A stretch of 62,831 nucleotides of DNA, counting the filler, from Asterionella formosa (Eukaryota), in the NCBI GenBank assembly GCA_002256025.1. It is 8 parts of 8 records of this genome, joined end to end, with 100 filler letters (N's around TTAATTAATTAA, not from the genome) between each part and the next. Parts side by side here need not be neighbours in the genome. Positions count along the whole stretch, not along the records: positions 26,358 to 52,614 come from NKIB01001774.1; 7 more parts are not named here. One strand, 5' to 3'. The position numbers were made by a program, and so were the translations under genes. The notes beneath the pieces are model-generated. The model saw only the letters and a list, made by a program, of their open reading frames with translations, was not told the origin of the DNA and did not search any database. This document shows, one piece after another, positions 39,898 through 52,714 of this stretch (position 1 is the first letter of the stretch; each line of letters opens with the position of its first letter).

Positions 39898-40239
39898 GAT
39901 GTATACACCACACCAAGATCACATTGGCCCATAGAGTTCTACATGAAGAGACTATATTGAGAAAGTACTGTAAATTATGCATGCACTCATTTAACTATAA
40001 ACGTTAGGTTGCTGGCACGAGCCACAAAATCTAAACCAATAGAAATGCTCCTTTTATTTGGCTACGGTCGGAGTCTAATCGACCAAATACCTGATATTTG
40101 GTCGATGCGGTGGCTAAAACATTTTTGCGTTTTCGACCAACACAATGCATCATGACGTGTAATGACCCGCAGCTTCAATTGGCTTGGTATTTGGTCGATG
40201 CGGTGGCGATGCTCTAAATGGGACACAATTGACAGAATC

Positions 40240-42819
40240 GTGGAAAAATGGGGAGAATGAAGGAGATCCTGCTACATTTTTGGGGAAAAAATCTCCCCTT
40301 TTTTCTGTGCTGACGTTTATTCCCCTCTAGCTTTTAAGACGTATATTTTCTGCAGCCCCGTCAGCAGCGGCTTTTTGGAGAGACTTTTCTCCCCAAAAAC
40401 ATGTAGAAACAGTGTTCATTTTTGTACCATCGTAGGATTCAAGTTGACGGTACATGCATGATAGCTTTTGCTAATAGCAATACCGGTAGTACTAGTGGTT
40501 CCGACTCAGCCAAATATGAACATCAATTGAGACCAAAAGCATTCAACAATATACCTATGGAAGCGACCCACTGCCACATCAAAACATCATGTCAGACAAT
40601 GAAGAAATAGTTTGTGCATCTCAAGAGAGATGCATGCGCATGGTGAAGGAGCTTCCAAGGTCAACTGCACATAGCTGCCCTGGATGTGGGTATAGCATTC
40701 ATGCTCTTTGCGGTCACTTGCATGAAGAAGCAGATATTCAGTTCAAAACAATATGCTTCCATTGCTTTGAAAAGTTCGGTCGCACCCTGATGGATCCAGA
40801 TGATGCAACTGCATTGCAACAACTACAACAAGATGAAGAGAGGAGAAATGATTCCAATCAAGGACAAGAGGAGGGCATAGTAGCAGTAATCATGGATAGC
40901 ATTTTACCACCAGAGATTGACAAACAAGGCAGCACTATTAGAGAACGTGATACACGAAAAGCGAAGAAGGAAGCAAATAAAATGAAGTCCCTACAGCTCA
41001 TGAATTTAGCAAATATCAGAGGGAACACAAGAGCAAAATCAACAATGAGCCAGCACCAGCAGTCTGAACATGAAGTCTTTCTGTTATATCTATATAAACA
41101 TGAAGACCAGCTACTAGAGCAAGAGTTGCTAGTGCAAAGAAGATATATCACTGATAATATTCACGACATTCCCAATCATATGAAGAAAGCAAGATCAGTG
41201 ATACGAAGTTTTCTTGAAAGGGAAGTCTCTACAGGATTGCATCCAATTAAATTTGAGGACTTAAAGCCTACAGACTTTGCAAAGTATCTTGGTACCCTCA
41301 CCAATCCATTGACAGGCTGTCTAATTAGTCAGAAGATGTATTAAAACAAGAAAACATCACTTTACAACCTGTTTAAGAAGTATAAGATGAAGGCTACAGA
41401 CGACTTTGATGATGAGCTGAAAGATCTCATTGCTGGCGTGAAACGAATTGCAAGTAAGGCAAAACATTCAGAAGGTTGTTGGGTCAAGTCTAGAGGGGAT
41501 TAAGGACCAGTTAAATGGAATGAGGATTTAAATGATGATAAACAATGAACACAATGGTGCTGACAAAGTTGATACATCCAGGCAGTCTTCATTTGAGTCA
41601 CAATTGTTCTTGCATCCACACGATGGAATATTACGGCCTGTTCCGGTTGGTTGGCAGTTCCCACTGTGCACTGTGGCAATTGCATATTGCCTGTGGCATT
41701 TTGGAGATAAAGTGAAGAAGAAAGGCCCACTAAAATATTTGGACAATCGGGATGTATCTTTTGCAACCATAAGTGATGGCAATAAGGTTATTTGGTGTGG
41801 ATGTGAAAGAGGAATGCAGTATCTAGACGAATTTAGGATTTTGATGAGGAGGTTGGATGGGACTGCAAAGAGTCGGGGCTTCCTTCAGCTGCCTTTGTCT
41901 CGAAAGAAGGTCCTGATTGCATTGGAACAATGCAAAAACTGCCTTGGAATTTCGCCATTGACACCAAAGGGTAGAATCAGGCGGATTGCTGGGATTCAAT
42001 GGTCCACTGTCTTTGATCTGATGCCAAACAATCAACAATGACCTGCACACAATCGTTTTCAGCAACCAAAGGGGGGGGGGGCTCAAGAGGCAGGAGGTTT
42101 AGCTAATCGAAATTGATATTTATGTGTATATACTAGTATAACTAACTATACTGGTAGTCTATCTAACAAGGATAATTTGCATATTACAATTTAATTGAAT
42201 TCAGAATGTGCAAATGTATGATGGTTGCTAGATTCAATATATATTCATGATAAAAAGTAAGAAATAATAATTTTGAAACCAACTAGCTTTATAGTGTTGA
42301 CTAATTCCAAAGAAAGATATTACAGATAAATATTGTCTACCATGAGAAAATGCAGCATACTTTTGTTCTTACTGCTGTGATACTTCCATTGTAAGTGCGT
42401 GTACGGTGGTACATATACTGGTATACCTATGATCTATGATAGGTGCAGGTTGTTGAGGGGAACCTTGTTGTCATTAACAAAGGTGAGCTACAATGATTAT
42501 GAATGACTCTACCGGTTTGATGTACCATGGCTGTCATTCGATTTTCTTAACACTTGGTACCTGGTACATCATTCCCAGGTAACAGGTACCCTGGTACCAG
42601 GTACCAGCTAGCTGGGACAGAGTGACTGGTACCTGTACCCTGGTACCTACCGGCAGTACCAGCAGTTTACTATTGGCCGAACGATATATAGCGGTACCGG
42701 TACATGTGTGCATGCGACGACAAATGATTCACAGGATCAAACAAACAAGCGGTTCGTACAAGCGTCCTCTTTTCTTGATAGCACAATTTTTGGGGAGACA
42801 AAACTCCCCATTTTTCTAC
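40240..42819 (+). mobile_element. Internally deleted Crypton-like (tyrosine recombinase) element
   Basis: ORF 40589 has a Cys/His finger (CPGC..IHALC..CFHC) and a YR core-binding-like segment (FAKYL..Y*NKKTSLYNLFKKY..ELKDLIAGVKR). ORF 41532 resembles GCR1_C (RPVPVGWQFP..LWHFGD..GPLKYL). No catalytic R-H-R-Y region was seen. Repeated motifs mark both ends. Confidence 0.6.
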
Positions 42820-44199
42820 CCGTGTAACTGGTACCTGGTACCAGTACTACCGGTAGCACCATCTGGCAAAAATACGTAGACTTCGAATTTGATATTCAAT
42901 AGTACCGGAACAGGAGTGAACGTATAATACCGTATATAATTTACCCTAGTACCGGTACCTGGTACCTGGTACCAGTAAAAAAACTGCCATGACCCATTGA
43001 GAATATTTTTGAACTGCCGTGACCCATTGAACGCAGAATAACACGTTTTGCAATCAAAACTTAAATAAATATAGATTTTGAGAGTTCTGGCTCCTTCCCG
43101 AGCATATAGGCTTGTCAGCCATGTAATTAGTTTGAGATTTGGAGCAAGTTGTTCATCTCGATAGATTGCCTGAAATGGTCGATCGACCGAAAAACCATGA
43201 AGAACACGGATTAGGGTAAGTTTAGAAGTCACTGCATCATATGATATATGACGATCCATATAATGATTTTTTAATTCCCATGATTCAAGTGTCCATTTGA
43301 ATATTTGAATTAAATAGGAATTGGCGCCAGATTGATAGAGTTCTATTTTAAACAAACAAAAATGATATTTAAATGTTTGTATTATATCAACGTTGCTGAT
43401 GAATGTAGACATGATGATTTTGCTCAATGCCAAAACACAGTTATTTATCAGGAGTACTGGGATGCCAACATGTATGCTCATGGTTCATGTTTATACATTA
43501 TATTGAATCTATGGTACTGCATGTCGTTTTAAGATAACTCAATGCACAAAGGTATATATAAAAATCAGTATGGTACAAGAGTACCAGAGTACTGGAATAC
43601 CAGTAGTGAATAATCTTGGTTCATGATGAACTGTGACTTTTTGATGACAAATTTAATGGTAAGCACAAACATTGAGAGTAACTATTTACGTTTACTTGAG
43701 TCAAGTAAAAGACCAACTTTGTCATGCACCTACTATGGTCACAAATAATATTTAAAGCACATTAAAACTAACTGTAAATTACACTTGTGCCTCGTGGGAC
43801 ACCCTAACACATTCACATGTGTTTCAATCTAACCATGGGCTGTCTTCCTTGTTTCTTTTCCATAATGGAGCGAAGCAGAGCCAAGCTCCACCAGTGATTC
43901 CAGCTGCCCTGGTGCGGTGCCAGGCATTGAATGCTAAATCAACTGATTCCACCCACTGGCATTTTTGATTTATGTTGTGTCTCTTAATTCGCATATCTAT
44001 TTATATTAATAATTTTTAAAGCGAAATTCTTACTATTCTATTTCTAGAGTGCCGTCATTGTGCTCGATGGCCCATATAAGGTGGGGCGGTGGAAAGGTTT
44101 GGCTGGTAGTCACTTCCTCATGTGGAAGTTGTTTAAAAAAAATTGGGGTGGCTTTGTTCTTGGTTCAGTTCTCTATGACTGCACTTCTTGTGTCAGCCA

Positions 44200-46420
44200 G
44201 AGAATGAGATGGTGAGTGTGTATTGGGTTAAAGATTGATTTACCGTTTGGCCCTTATTCTGGTGATTCAATTTGAAGTCTCCATAACAATTGGTGATTCC
44301 AGGGCTTCCAACTCATTGTTTTTTGTCTGTGTCTTCATTGTCTGCGTTATCACAAAAATTATTGCTTTGAGCAACACATCCAGCTCTGGCGCAATTTCTT
44401 CATCAGTGAATTCTTGCTTCATTTCTCTGTCTTCTTCTTTATCCTTGTCAATGTTTGGCATATCGCCATTCTTGTATTCTTCTGCTTCTTGCACTGTAAT
44501 AGCGCTCACAATAGTGAAAAAGGTGTTAAACTTCTTCTTTTCTTTTCACTTGACACTGTCTTTGCCTGGTTTGTGTTGTGTTGATTCCCTTGCTGTGAAT
44601 TCCCCAACTGTGTGTAGTGTTTGTGGAAAATGCCAAATCAAAATCCATGCAATCACTGGTTTTCACGGCTCCTCCTCTTTCTGCCTTCTCCTTCTGTCGG
44701 ATTTCATTACTATCTTATGGTTTTGTCCCACATGTATGAGTTGCTCTTTCTTTGCCTGGTTGGCCGCTTGGATAGCGCCTGACATCATGGTGAATTGGTC
44801 GTTTTTAGGTTTTCTTAACTATCGGGACCCGGAGGTCCCTGTAGCTTATGTTCCACTAAATTCTGTGATCAGCGCTGTAGTAATGTAATAGTCTTTCTTA
44901 AAATCGCCTTTATACTTGGCCAAAAAGTTATTTCGCAAATCTACTGGAAGAAGGAACAATGATTTATCCTCCTCGCTCCCATGTCAAACCTACCCTTGAT
45001 CTTGTTCACGTTGTATTCTAATCTGAGCATCCACCACTTTTGTCAACTTGTCCGTTTGTTCTTCTTCTGTTTTACCATATAATTCCTCACTTCTCTGGAT
45101 CCAGATAGTATCTTTACCCACTTGGCATAGAGCTCGTATGACTTATATAATCCACTGTTCTGCCATCATAAAATCTCCCATCATTTTTTCTTTGGCATAT
45201 GCCATTGTTGCATTACTCCAGCTCTTGCTAACACTACATAGAAAAGCCTGATCCCAGCATATGTCAAGTCGGTCCAGAAAAGCCTCAAAAGTCATGCATC
45301 CTACTTCATCCTGAGTTGGTGGAAGCTGGACCTATCCCTCCGGATTATTCATTGCATAGCCACTGCAGCCTACCTTCTTGAAATTTTTGTGCAATGTATA
45401 AGCTCCCTGAAATACCGTCACCTATGTGTTCTTCCAAAGTTTCTCCTTCTTGTGCGCAAGTGCGGATAGGCAGCGGAGCACATGATTGAAAATTTCAATT
45501 AGCCTCTTGCACCGGAAGCACTGGTTGTCCACCATTTTATCATACTCACTTTTGCGCTGGAAACAAGTAGCCCTAAAGATCTAATTCCATATTAAAACTC
45601 GTTATTTTTTGATAGCATTTTATCATGCCTCCCAGTCTACCTTAAGGCAAATTGAAAATCCCAGCTTGCAATCTTCATAATGTATTTAACCACCATGTCT
45701 CCTTGCTTAGTATGCTGCATTTCTTGCAGCGAGTGGAAGATGCTTTGTGATGAAAATATTTCAAGTTGTAAAGTAGCTGCTGAATGTCCGAGAGGAAGTT
45801 TATAAGATATTTTCTTTGCTTGTACGCATGTGTAACAGTCTCGAACGCTTTGTCATGCACCTATTATAGCAATAGACTTACACATGTTGCTGCACCCAAT
45901 GCCCTTTTACCGATTTTTAAGGACTCGAATCTGGAGGCGCAATTTTTCGATCAAATCATGGTGCAGTGCTGCACACAATCACGCCAGGATATGGTTTCTT
46001 TGCTGCTGATTCATTTACCATTGTGGTTACTAGTATTAATGCCTCCCTTAGACCACTAGGTCAGCAATGCACACTCCAGTTTATCTCTGGTCGTAGCGCA
46101 AATGTCAGTGTCACGCCTTTCACTGACTCAGGAAATATGAAAATTGGGTATTTGAACCTTTGCATCATGAAGAAGAAATCCATGATTGATATTCCAAGAA
46201 TCCCCAGCTCCCGGCCCTGGCAGATATATTATGGCTCTCGACAAACTTGATTTTCAATCTCAGCACTTCCCGTGACTGTCTCATCTGAACCACAACAATC
46301 ATCCACCAACTTACCAGCTCGTCGTCCTTCAGCCCCAAACATGTGCAGGCAGTGGTACGCACTACTAAGGATGCAAAATATATATTTTGGTACAATCTGT
46401 ATTGTTTGTTCCTATCCTGT
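44200..46420 (-). pseudogene. Highly degenerate non-LTR retrotransposon (LINE) relic with RNase H/C-terminal remnants
   Basis: Scattered minus-strand remnants such as an RAEL.G-like motif (~46200) and VDWEA (~45630). Many stops; boundaries are approximate. Confidence 0.35.
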
Positions 46421-47057
46421 TGTCACTGCAGATTCCATTGTTGTTCTTCTTATCATTTTTGTCGGAAATGATACAATGGAAGCCAGAAAAGTAGAAATAT
46501 ATATCAAAGGACTTTATGCTAGGAATCTGAAACATAGTACTTATGTTTTCTTTGTACTGGCAAGGCGATGGATTCATTAGCTGTGGAAACTCATGCTTTG
46601 ATACAATCAGGAAATAAAGCCTGCTATTTTGGGAACCACCAGCCTATCTGTGAGTGGTGTGTCTGAGACTCTGTTCCTTTGGAACATTGCTTATGATTTG
46701 TCTGTTCCTTTTTTCGTGTACTCGATGCGCATGTATTGCTTGTGTATTATATATAGAAATGCCAACTCCTTGAGTCCACATTGGGTATTACAGAAGGTGC
46801 TGGTCATGAATGATAAGTTGAACCGCTTGCTGCAACAACTTTCAAAGATTGAAAATTTGTCAATTTAGTCTTGGATACACGTGCTTTTCTCACTTTGGTT
46901 TTCGATACTTGTGACAGCTACCTCCTGATCCCAAAATCAACTCATTTGACTGTAAGTCATAACTACATTGATGAGCTCACTTTAACACTATATTAGGATG
47001 GTTTTTACTACTTCATAAATATGATCTTTAACACATGTCCAAGAGGATACTTTGGTG

Positions 47058-48383
47058 TCATGTAGTCTTTGGATGAACTTGCTCATGGCGGTTGGTTCGC
47101 AGAGAAGTCCTCATGAGGTTCTGAATCTCAATGCCTTTGTTGTGGGAAAGAAAGAGAAGGCCATTAAGAAAATTTTGGTCTTCATCACTACTGAAATGTT
47201 CAGAAAATTGATTTCCTGGAGAAGGAGGAAGGTGAACAGAAGGGTCACGCATGTGCTGAGTGTCCTGGTCATTAGATTCAGTCCCTGTGCAGATGTGAGT
47301 CACATTGTAAGAAACAGACGGCACTGGGGATCGAGGAGATATGGATCTGATAATCCGTTTTACTCTTCGGGATCTTGATTTTTTTTCTTTGCAGCTTCTC
47401 GATGAATTTGATTCTGTCAATTCATTGTTGTCCTTGCTGGTTGTGCTACTACTAGTGCTAGAAATACTGTTGTCCAGAGTTACAGATCTGTTCGCTCTCC
47501 TGCGTTGACGACCATGAGGAGGGAATTCGACATCTAGCTTCGTACCAGGCTCATTCCTTAGTCGTGAAAGCGAAAGGAGGGCAACACCCTTAGAGAGTGA
47601 ATTCGACAATGAGTTGATCACATCAAATCCAAGGGATGAGGACGAGGACGGGCTCTCGTTGGTTTCTATGTAGCCCTTCGAGATGTTCTGAGGTGAGGCT
47701 ACTGAAGTTGCCAGTTCATCACTGCGGAACTGGTTGTGTTGTTTGTTTTCGCTCTTTGTAGGATAATGAGCATGACGGTCGATTAAATCGTGACACGAAT
47801 TAGTCTTCCTTAGTAGCTGCTGGCGGACCTGGAGCTTGTCAGTGTTGCGTTCAAGGATAGTCATTGCTTTTCGCAATGTTTCGGCGCGCTCAGTTTGAAT
47901 CGGGGTGTTCGTGTCGAGAAGACTGGCACATATTTGACTCCATTTCAGATCCTGCAGTTTTGTTGCTTTGTCTCTGTGCTTGCCATTGGTCGACGGGCCG
48001 TTGTTGGCATGTCCATCATTGACGCTTTTCATCTCAGCATTTGAATTCAGATACTCGACAGATTCTTGCTGTTCTAATTCTTGCTTGGCAGCGTGATCAT
48101 AATGGCGCAGAGCGACGAGATCACCACAACACGAGTGTCTTCTACTCATTTTCTTGGAATTTACTGCCAAAGGTATCGAATCGTGTTCCAGGGTATGCTC
48201 TGATTTACGAAACTTCTGGTAGTCGTTTTCAAAGCAAAGGGCACTGCTTATCAGGACGTTGTCAGCCACGGGGAAATCACAGACTTGATCCTTCATTTGA
48301 TTTACTTTCGACTCGCCTTGTCCTTCTTTGGTGCTGGTAGATACGGAGCCTTCGTCAGCATTCTGTTTCCTTCTTTTCAACAT
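47058..48383 (-). CDS. Ser-rich, low-complexity hypothetical protein (441 aa)
   Basis: Long uninterrupted ATG-initiated ORF with no recognised domain. Confidence 0.65.
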   Translation of the reverse strand: MLKRRKQNADEGSVSTSTKEGQGESKVNQMKDQVCDFPVADNVLISSALCFENDYQKFRKSEHTLEHDSIPLAVNSKKMSRRHSCCGDLVALRHYDHAAKQELEQQESVEYLNSNAEMKSVNDGHANNGPSTNGKHRDKATKLQDLKWSQICASLLDTNTPIQTERAETLRKAMTILERNTDKLQVRQQLLRKTNSCHDLIDRHAHYPTKSENKQHNQFRSDELATSVASPQNISKGYIETNESPSSSSSLGFDVINSLSNSLSKGVALLSLSRLRNEPGTKLDVEFPPHGRQRRRANRSVTLDNSISSTSSSTTSKDNNELTESNSSRSCKEKKSRSRRVKRIIRSISPRSPVPSVSYNVTHICTGTESNDQDTQHMRDPSVHLPPSPGNQFSEHFSSDEDQNFLNGLLFLSHNKGIEIQNLMRTSLRTNRHEQVHPKTT

Positions 48384-50029
48384 CTCTTTTTAAGTTGATG
48401 AGTTGGTAATGGCAAATGTGCTACACGCACATGACATCCAAAAATATAGCACGTATAACCATGCATGTTATTTTCATGGGGCAAACGTGCGTATGTATGA
48501 CGGTGTTCTTTTACTTCTTTTCTTTGATTCATGATATTTTGTGTCTAACCGGGAATCTGTCACCTTTCCCCATCACATCGCCTTTTATGATTGGCTCAAA
48601 TTCTTCGTGGATGACGAACACCATGGAAAATTCTTGAAATTTCTTCGGAGTTTCGTGAAACAATGATTAACTCTGCTCGGAGCTCGAATACGTAGTGGCT
48701 GGTTCAGAATGACCTGAAATTGTCAATACAAAAGACTCTGTTCACCAACATTGCTGGTTTATCACACAACTTTATTGTTCTACCATATGTACAAAATACC
48801 AGTCATGTACTACATGTTATCCCAGTGTACATACAAACTACCTGTAAAACAATGAGCAAGCTCAAAGATTTTCTGGTTCGAACAATGGATATACATGATA
48901 TTAGTTAAAACCTTTGAGTCACCATTATTTTACTCCATCTTCTGACTGAAAATATTAAAGCAATACAAGAATGCAAAGTTGATGCAAGTATGAAGTGTAT
49001 GATAGATGATGCTCTCTACCATAGTAATAAGAAGTACTGCAATCAGTTTTGCTTTGGGGTGGTGTGGAACCATGAAGAGAAAATTTTTCTAAAGCCAATA
49101 AAATTGTCATGAAGCAATGGCTAACAGTGCACTTTTTTCTTTTCCTTATATGCTTCTAATTTCCCCTCAAACTGTGTTTTTTCAATCCATTTATCCTACA
49201 TACATTCTTTTCAAGTTTCTTTATGCCTTTGTGGGGTGAAGAACAGGATGTGTTAGCACTTGCATTATCAGCAAATTCTTCTGACAAATCTTTTACTCAT
49301 AAGCACAGTGACATTGAACCCACACTTAGTTATACTAAATTAATTCAAATGGAATTTTATTATTATCCTTGTACACATTTGCATGCAAAAAACTATGCCA
49401 GCCAGCTCAATAGAGTAAATGTGAAATTGTCTGTTTTTCACCATTTCGCATCAACAGCACCAACCTTTGGGTGAAAATACCAAAATAACAATGTACACAA
49501 TACAACAATAGAAGTCTTTAAGTATTTACACACTTTATAAATCTAAACAGCTTGGCTGTTCATGACAATAAAAAGCGTATCTTGCAAGCTAAGTTCAAAC
49601 TGTGCTTTTTTCCCCTTAAGCAGTGGCTTGCAGTTCAAAATCAGTATAGCAGCTGCTCACAGTTTTTAACTGGACCTGTTAACCTGGTACTGGTATGCCT
49701 ACAGAATAGCAATAGACTTGATGCTAGTACCTGTGCAGTTCCAAGGCGTACATACAAAATGCAAAATATGCGTTATTTGTTTCAGAGTATGTAGCAATAA
49801 TAGTTCTCCTCAACGTAATGTTATTCTATGAATAAAATATGATGAAATCTGTTAAATGCTTTGTACTCCTTCAAACATTAAGGAATCTCCATATGTAGAA
49901 CTAACCTGTTGTAGTACTAGCTAGTACTTCTACCGATTGTTACTAGCCTTCTTGCCAGTTTTTGCTATTGACCTTTTACTGTTAATTCTCGCCGTGTGAA
50001 TAGATTTTCCATTAGATCCAACGTTTTAA

Positions 50030-50520
50030 TCAGCATACGTTAAAGAAACTGATTGATTATTCAAATATTTTGATATGTTGATGATAATTTTGATATATCA
50101 ACGGAAGTGTCTGTATGATCAATCAAAATTGTACATTAGGTTAGTAGCATACACATGTTAGGTTATGCGTTTATAAGAACTCGTATATGTTAGTTACCAA
50201 ATCTAATTGGATAATCCAAATTGTTTATATATTGATCAAATGTTTTGTTATGTTGATGATAATTTTGATATATCATTGACCATGTTGGTGTGGTCAATCA
50301 AATTTGTTTGTCAGCGTACTTTCTTACACACGTCAGGTTACGCATAGATAGAAATCATATATATTAATTATCAAATTTAATCTGCTAACCAAATGCTTTG
50401 ATATATTGATACATTGTTTGATTGATCAATAGCTTTTGCTCTTTGATCAATTATTGTTTTAGCGAAGGTTATGACTTTACACAGATCACCTTACGTGTAT
50501 GTAAACCTTGTACCCAACGA
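50030..50520. repeat. AT-rich degenerate tandem repeat, ~175-bp period, ~3 units
   Basis: tcaaat.ttttg.tatgttgatgataattttgatatatca occurs at 50061 and 50236, with a more degenerate third unit near 50400. Confidence 0.7.
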
Positions 50521-52714
50521 TGCTATCAGAATGAATTCTGTGCAACAATGGTGCGTTCCTTGTTGCCATTATGATTTGAATGCTCTACCGGTACATGCTT
50601 TGATCCAATTCTTGTACCGGTAGTATTTGTCATTATCTCTCCATTCGCATATCAGTAATCGAATTTCTTACAAGCCATGTGCGTTTGTTGAACAATCCCA
50701 TACAAGCTACCTTCTTGCGGGGACGACGATGATCTCAGTCTTATAACGAATGATATGGTTTCGATATTGACGGGGAATCATGCTGGTTGTTTGTTTGTTA
50801 CTCGAAATCAAAAAGCTTTGGTCAATTTCTATGACAGAATCGGAGAACAATGCATTGAAGGCCATACCCGATTCCAATTCCAACCGAAATCAAGAAGATA
50901 GTATCTTTTGATCATAATTCACCCATTGCGAACATCGATCCGTATTTCGAATCTGTTCTTCAAGATGAGATGTGGATCAAACAAGTGAAGATGGACCAGA
51001 TGGCGGCACAGTTTGTTGCTCATGGCCTTAATCATGAGTCTTCCATTCTCATTGACTAGCCATTGGCGAGCACATTTGTATGCTGCAGAATTAGAGCCGC
51101 AACATCACTAATGAGGAAGTAGCTTCATTTCATTCAGGAAATAGTAGCACCACATGAACCTTGAAAAGCAGGGGGTTCGAAATAACAATCATAACTTTGC
51201 TTAATAACATTGTACTATCCCATTGTTTTAAGAAATCTCTTTATCGGCAACATCAGAGGCACTACATAGGACAGCCTTACCCCATTGCCACACGTATACT
51301 TTCCACAAAGTGACCGCTATATTTATATAGCTTATATATACATAGTGTAGCTTGTCCCACACATATGTTCTTGCCACTCCGAAGAAGTGAAATATATTTA
51401 TGAGGGTACCAGAACCATTATTCAATCAATAGCTGATTCCAATGTTGTACAGAAACAATGGTTGTCGAAATGATTCCAATGATGTTGATAAACTTCTCCT
51501 TTATTGGGGGGGGTGGGGGGGTTTAAAATGATCCCTGTATTTTTACTAATATTGTTGGTGCTGGTATTGATACAGAAGAAAAGAGGAACAAGCTTCTGTG
51601 CACCATTACGGCCACATTTGAGAAGCATCGCCAAAATTAGGAAACTTTTTTCCTGACAAGCCGATGGAATTAGTCATACCTGTCATTCCAAATAAAGATC
51701 ACCGACGTCGTGTATTCTCCGTTTATGCATTGACACAGACGAGTGAAAACGAAATAGTTGATGCCAGTTCATCTTCTCCCAATACCATTCTAAGAAGGAA
51801 AGATTGTGGGGCTTGTATGCCCATTGTAGATCTTGTTTCTACTTCCTCAGAAGTAAAGATTGTGTTGCTTGTATGCCCATGGTAGATCTTGTTTCTACTT
51901 CCTCAGTGCGTCTAATTGAGTCTATCAAATCTGATAGACTAAATATAAAATCTCCCCCTTCCAAAGCAAAAGCAAAATGTAAATTAAAGGCAACTACAGA
52001 CATGGTTGCCAATCCGGAAGAAGCAGTCCATGACTTGTCACCAAAGAGTTCCGAAATTGTAGGAGTGATTGGGAAAGTAAATTTAAAAAACAGGTCGAGG
52101 AGGAAAGTGATTTGTCCCATTTATCTAGTAAGGAGTTCGAAATATTGAAACAGGACATGGTCTCCAGTCTTCTGGATGTAGTTCATGGGTGCATTTGGTG
52201 GCATATTGTTGTCTTACTGATGTGGTCTAAAATCTCGAAGAAAGTGAGTTTTCCATAAATCATCGCTGGTCCTTTATGATTCCAAAATTTCCTTGAAGTT
52301 TCAAATGATGTTTTGTTAAACAAGCCAGACTCTAGGACCACCTAGAATTTGTTGAGAAAACAAAATCCATGACACTTTCATCTAGTCTTGTCATCTCCTT
52401 GCCTTTGTCATCATGATCAATGTATTTAACCAGTACTAAGAGTCATTCCTTACTCTTCTGTTGTCTCATGAACAGACATAAAATATGCCATAGAAACACG
52501 TTTTCCCTGATTGAAAAATCTGCGATCGGTATCCCCTTCACAACCAAGATCGTTCCATTCCTTGTAGCACTCGGCCGGAACATTTGCCATTCCAGATAAC
52601 AAGTGATATATGGCNNNNNNNNNNNNNNNNNNNNNNNNNNNNNNNNNNNNNNNNNNNNTTAATTAATTAANNNNNNNNNNNNNNNNNNNNNNNNNNNNNN
52701 NNNNNNNNNNNNNN

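Larger units (their letters stand above)
37248..40214 (+). mobile_element. Full-length PIF/Harbinger DNA transposon (decayed ORFs)
   Basis: ~38-bp TIRs GAGCATCGCCACCGCATCGACCAAATACCAA(A)GCCAATT, TAA TSDs at 37245-37247 and 40215-40217, and two convergent ORFs. Confidence 0.96.

Noticed and set aside
42816..44888. ORFs 42816-43481(-) and 44235-44888(+)
   Set aside because: Non-ATG starts and implausible composition. The second appears to be antisense to a decayed charged ORF.
51800..51906. 56-bp tandem duplication
   Set aside because: Simple local duplication in decayed sequence with no further structure.
50670..52614. Degenerate coding-like sequence on both strands
   Set aside because: Multiple stops and no family recognised.
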